Part shown: one piece after another, positions 61,825 through 64,000 of the stretch
Position numbering within the stretch: the first letter of the stretch is position 1
How the letters are laid out: each line of letters opens with the position of its first letter
DNA from: Candidatus Uhrbacteria bacterium CG_4_9_14_3_um_filter_41_35
Lineage (GTDB): Bacteria > Patescibacteriota > Patescibacteriia > UBA9934
Direction: 5' to 3'
Length of the DNA: 64,000 nt
Assembly: GCA_002791275.1 (NCBI GenBank)
Contig: PFWT01000009.1
Location: forward strand, 72,797-136,796
Program-made: the position numbers and the translations under genes
The notes under the pieces: model-generated
What the model was told of the DNA's origin: nothing
The model's input: only the letters and a program-made list of their open reading frames with translations
Databases searched by the model: none

Positions 61825-62502
61825 TTACTCACTTTTTAAAATTTTTTCTTCTTTTTTTACATAAGACGCCACTGTTTTTCTATATCTACCAAAGCCAAGC
61901 ATAGCAAAAATAAATAAGGCTATCGTAATAATACCAAATAAGTTAATTAGGAAAAGCTGAATTGCATCCATCATCAAACTCCAGTCAGTCGAACCAAGAC
62001 CAATCCCGATGCTCACAAGTGGCGGTAACAGTGCCTCAGAAATTGCAACACCAGTAACCGCCTCTTTAATATGTTCGTACGAAAGAGCAAAGGCAGCCGC
62101 GGCACCAGCTGCAATAGCTACCGGAAACATGAAGGTAAAGTTGGTTGCTTCTAGAATTATTTTTGAGGAACCTAACGGTACGTAAAAAAATGTAATTAAA
62201 ACTGCTGTTGTAACCGCAATCATCACCGAAACAAAAATTGAAATCAGCGAAAGTTTTAGCATTTTAAAATCCATTACTAACGCCCCCATACTCACACCCA
62301 AAATTGGCCAAAGAAGAGGAGAAACCAACATAGCACCAATAACAACAGATGGGCTACCGTTCAATAAACCAAGTGTTGCAATAACGCTCGAAAAAAAAAC
62401 CAAGGCCATGAGGGTTTGTCGTGGCGAGCTTTCACGCACCACTTTATTTATAACCTCCGAATGATTTACATCTTGCGGATTGAATAGTTTATTCTTCTCC
62501 AT
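61825..62502 (-). CDS. DUF389 (TIGR00341) membrane protein
   Basis: IATLGL, VVIGAMLVSPL, GVAIS.ALLPPL. Confidence 0.85.
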   Translation of the reverse strand: MEKNKLFNPQDVNHSEVINKVVRESSPRQTLMALVFFSSVIATLGLLNGSPSVVIGAMLVSPLLWPILGVSMGALVMDFKMLKLSLISIFVSVMIAVTTAVLITFFYVPLGSSKIILEATNFTFMFPVAIAAGAAAAFALSYEHIKEAVTGVAISEALLPPLVSIGIGLGSTDWSLMMDAIQLFLINLFGIITIALFIFAMLGFGRYRKTVASYVKKEEKILKSE

Positions 62503-62503
62503 A

Positions 62504-63226
62504 TTATTTCTTCCTGTAATCAAATGAATAGTTGAAGGCGTTATGCCGAATTGGACCTAGAAGCAGAATGTGCAGTTCAGCTAGAGTAAATTTTATGGCA
62601 ATGCTCAACATTCCATCTTTTTCTAAACGTCGATTTGAAACTGTTATTTCCACATTTGATAAAAAACCAAATTTTCCTATTTTATTAGCCCGAATAGCGT
62701 AATCATGGTCTTCGCAAAACAAAACCCCTTCGTCGAATCCATGGATTGCTTTATGCAAGCTCCGGCGGACTAAGATAAAAAATCCAGGTGCGTGCGGGTG
62801 TATATCTCCCCACATTCTAACATACTTATTATAAAACTTATGCCCAAAACGGTCGAGCTTTGAGCCAGACATTGGTACAACGTCCGCTGTTGCGATATCA
62901 AAACCCTTTTCCTGAAACTCTGCGAGCGCTTTTTTTAGAAAATTTTCATCGGTTAATTCCACATCTGCATCGAGAAACAGAATTAAATCCGTGGTTACCT
63001 TCCCTGCTCCGCGATTTCGACCAGGCCCTGGCATACCACCATCCACAACTACAGCTCCAAGCCCTGAAGCTATCTCTCTGGTTTTGTCTGTGGAGTGGGC
63101 ATCAGCCACAATAATTTGTTCTGGCAACACCGTTTGCTTATTAATCGAACGCAAAAGTCGAGGCAAATTTTCCTCTTCATTTTTTGCTGGAATTACAATT
63201 GCAAGAGTAGCCATAGGTGTCTCCAT
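62504..63226 (-). CDS. Glycosyltransferase family 2
   Basis: IPAKNEE, RNRGA, FLDAD, GFDE..CED. Confidence 0.9.
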   Translation of the reverse strand: METPMATLAIVIPAKNEEENLPRLLRSINKQTVLPEQIIVADAHSTDKTREIASGLGAVVVDGGMPGPGRNRGAGKVTTDLILFLDADVELTDENFLKKALAEFQEKGFDIATADVVPMSGSKLDRFGHKFYNKYVRMWGDIHPHAPGFFILVRRSLHKAIHGFDEGVLFCEDHDYAIRANKIGKFGFLSNVEITVSNRRLEKDGMLSIAIKFTLAELHILLLGPIRHNAFNYSFDYRKK

Positions 63227-63270
63227 TATATCAGTTTTCAGTTAAATAAAAAATTACAGACCTTAAAAAG

Positions 63271-63741
63271 TTAGTCTGTAATTTTTGTAAGTTCGTACAT
63301 TGCGATTCCGGAAGCTACCGAAACGTTCAGCGAGCGTTTTTTTCCCATCTCAATTTCAAACAGTCCGTCAAGTAAAGCAACCGTATTCTGATCAATTCCC
63401 TCTACTTCGTTCCCGAGCACCACAGCCAATTTATTTGATTTTGCAAGTTCCGAGCTTTGCGCGGTACCAAGTTTAATCGAGCCTTCGCCCTGTTCAAGAC
63501 CAAACACTTTGTAACCAGCCTCCTTCACTTTTTGAATAACCGTATTAATATCCCCACCTTCCCATGCGATTAAATCCTCTGCACCAAGCGCAACCTTTGA
63601 AATTTCCTTGCGCGGAGGCCTCGCAGTAATACCTGTTAAATATAATTTTTCAACATTAAAAGCTCCTGCGTTTCGAAAAATCGAACCTACGTTGTGCATA
63701 CTTCTAATATTGTGAGCAATAACTATCATAGCAAAGAGCAT
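63271..63741 (-). CDS. TrmH/SpoU family RNA methyltransferase
   Basis: NIRSMHNVGSIFR, LGNEVEG, SLNVSVA. Confidence 0.9.
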   Translation of the reverse strand: MLFAMIVIAHNIRSMHNVGSIFRNAGAFNVEKLYLTGITARPPRKEISKVALGAEDLIAWEGGDINTVIQKVKEAGYKVFGLEQGEGSIKLGTAQSSELAKSNKLAVVLGNEVEGIDQNTVALLDGLFEIEMGKKRSLNVSVASGIAMYELTKITD

Positions 63742-63842
63742 AAACTTATTCCGAAGTTGAGTCAATAAATATACACAACAAAATACCAAAATATCGGAGT
63801 TTTCTTGACTAAAGTAAAGCAAAACCATATTATCTTTGCATT

Positions 63843-64000
63843 ATGCATCTATGTCCAAATAAAGAAGTGTGCGGATCTTGTAGCTGGTCACACATTCCCT
63901 ACGAAAAACAGCTCGAACAAAAACTTTCCGATATTAACGGTTCTTTTAAACTAAAGAGTTTAAAATTGAAGGTGAAAGAAATCATACCATCACCAGTAAC
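63843..64000 (+). CDS. rlmD: Partial RlmD/TrmA-family uracil-5-methyltransferase (runs off right edge)
   Basis: MHLCPNKEVCGSCSWSHIPYEKQLEQK matches the C-x5-CGxC..Y..QL Fe-S motif; no TRAM domain before it. Confidence 0.75.
   Translation, partial: MHLCPNKEVCGSCSWSHIPYEKQLEQKLSDINGSFKLKSLKLKVKEIIPSPV

Overview
A 64 kb window of a compact, AT-rich bacterial chromosome, most consistent with Patescibacteria/CPR (Parcubacteria-like). This is inferred from RpoA lacking the alpha-CTD, short AlaRS, MetRS, L13 and ATP synthase delta, a DUF5654 protein, CPR-style repeat surface proteins, and core genes without Shine-Dalgarno sites. Content is mostly housekeeping: a full F0F1 ATP synthase operon with a Na+-type c-subunit motif, mreBCD-pbp2, greA, five aminoacyl-tRNA synthetases, clpB under a CIRCE operator, priA-def-fmt, a glycosylation cluster, and infA-rpmJ-rpsMKD-rpoA-rplQ-rplM-rpsI. 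Three genes missing from the ORF track (rpmJ, a 44-aa basic protein, a partial rlmD) were read directly from the sequence. The main unexplained element is a ~930 bp gap with no ORF of 60 aa or more (28990-29920) between convergent genes. It contains nested long-range complementary segments, possible kissing loops and many local hairpins, and is a candidate large structured ncRNA or cis-acting chromosomal site. Other points of interest are a possible bS22-like small protein, a high-GC lipoprotein gene behind a structured ~275-nt leader, a TagA gene with no canonical start for its conserved N-terminus, and several possible pseudo-enzymes. No rRNA, tRNA, CRISPR array or transposase was recognised.
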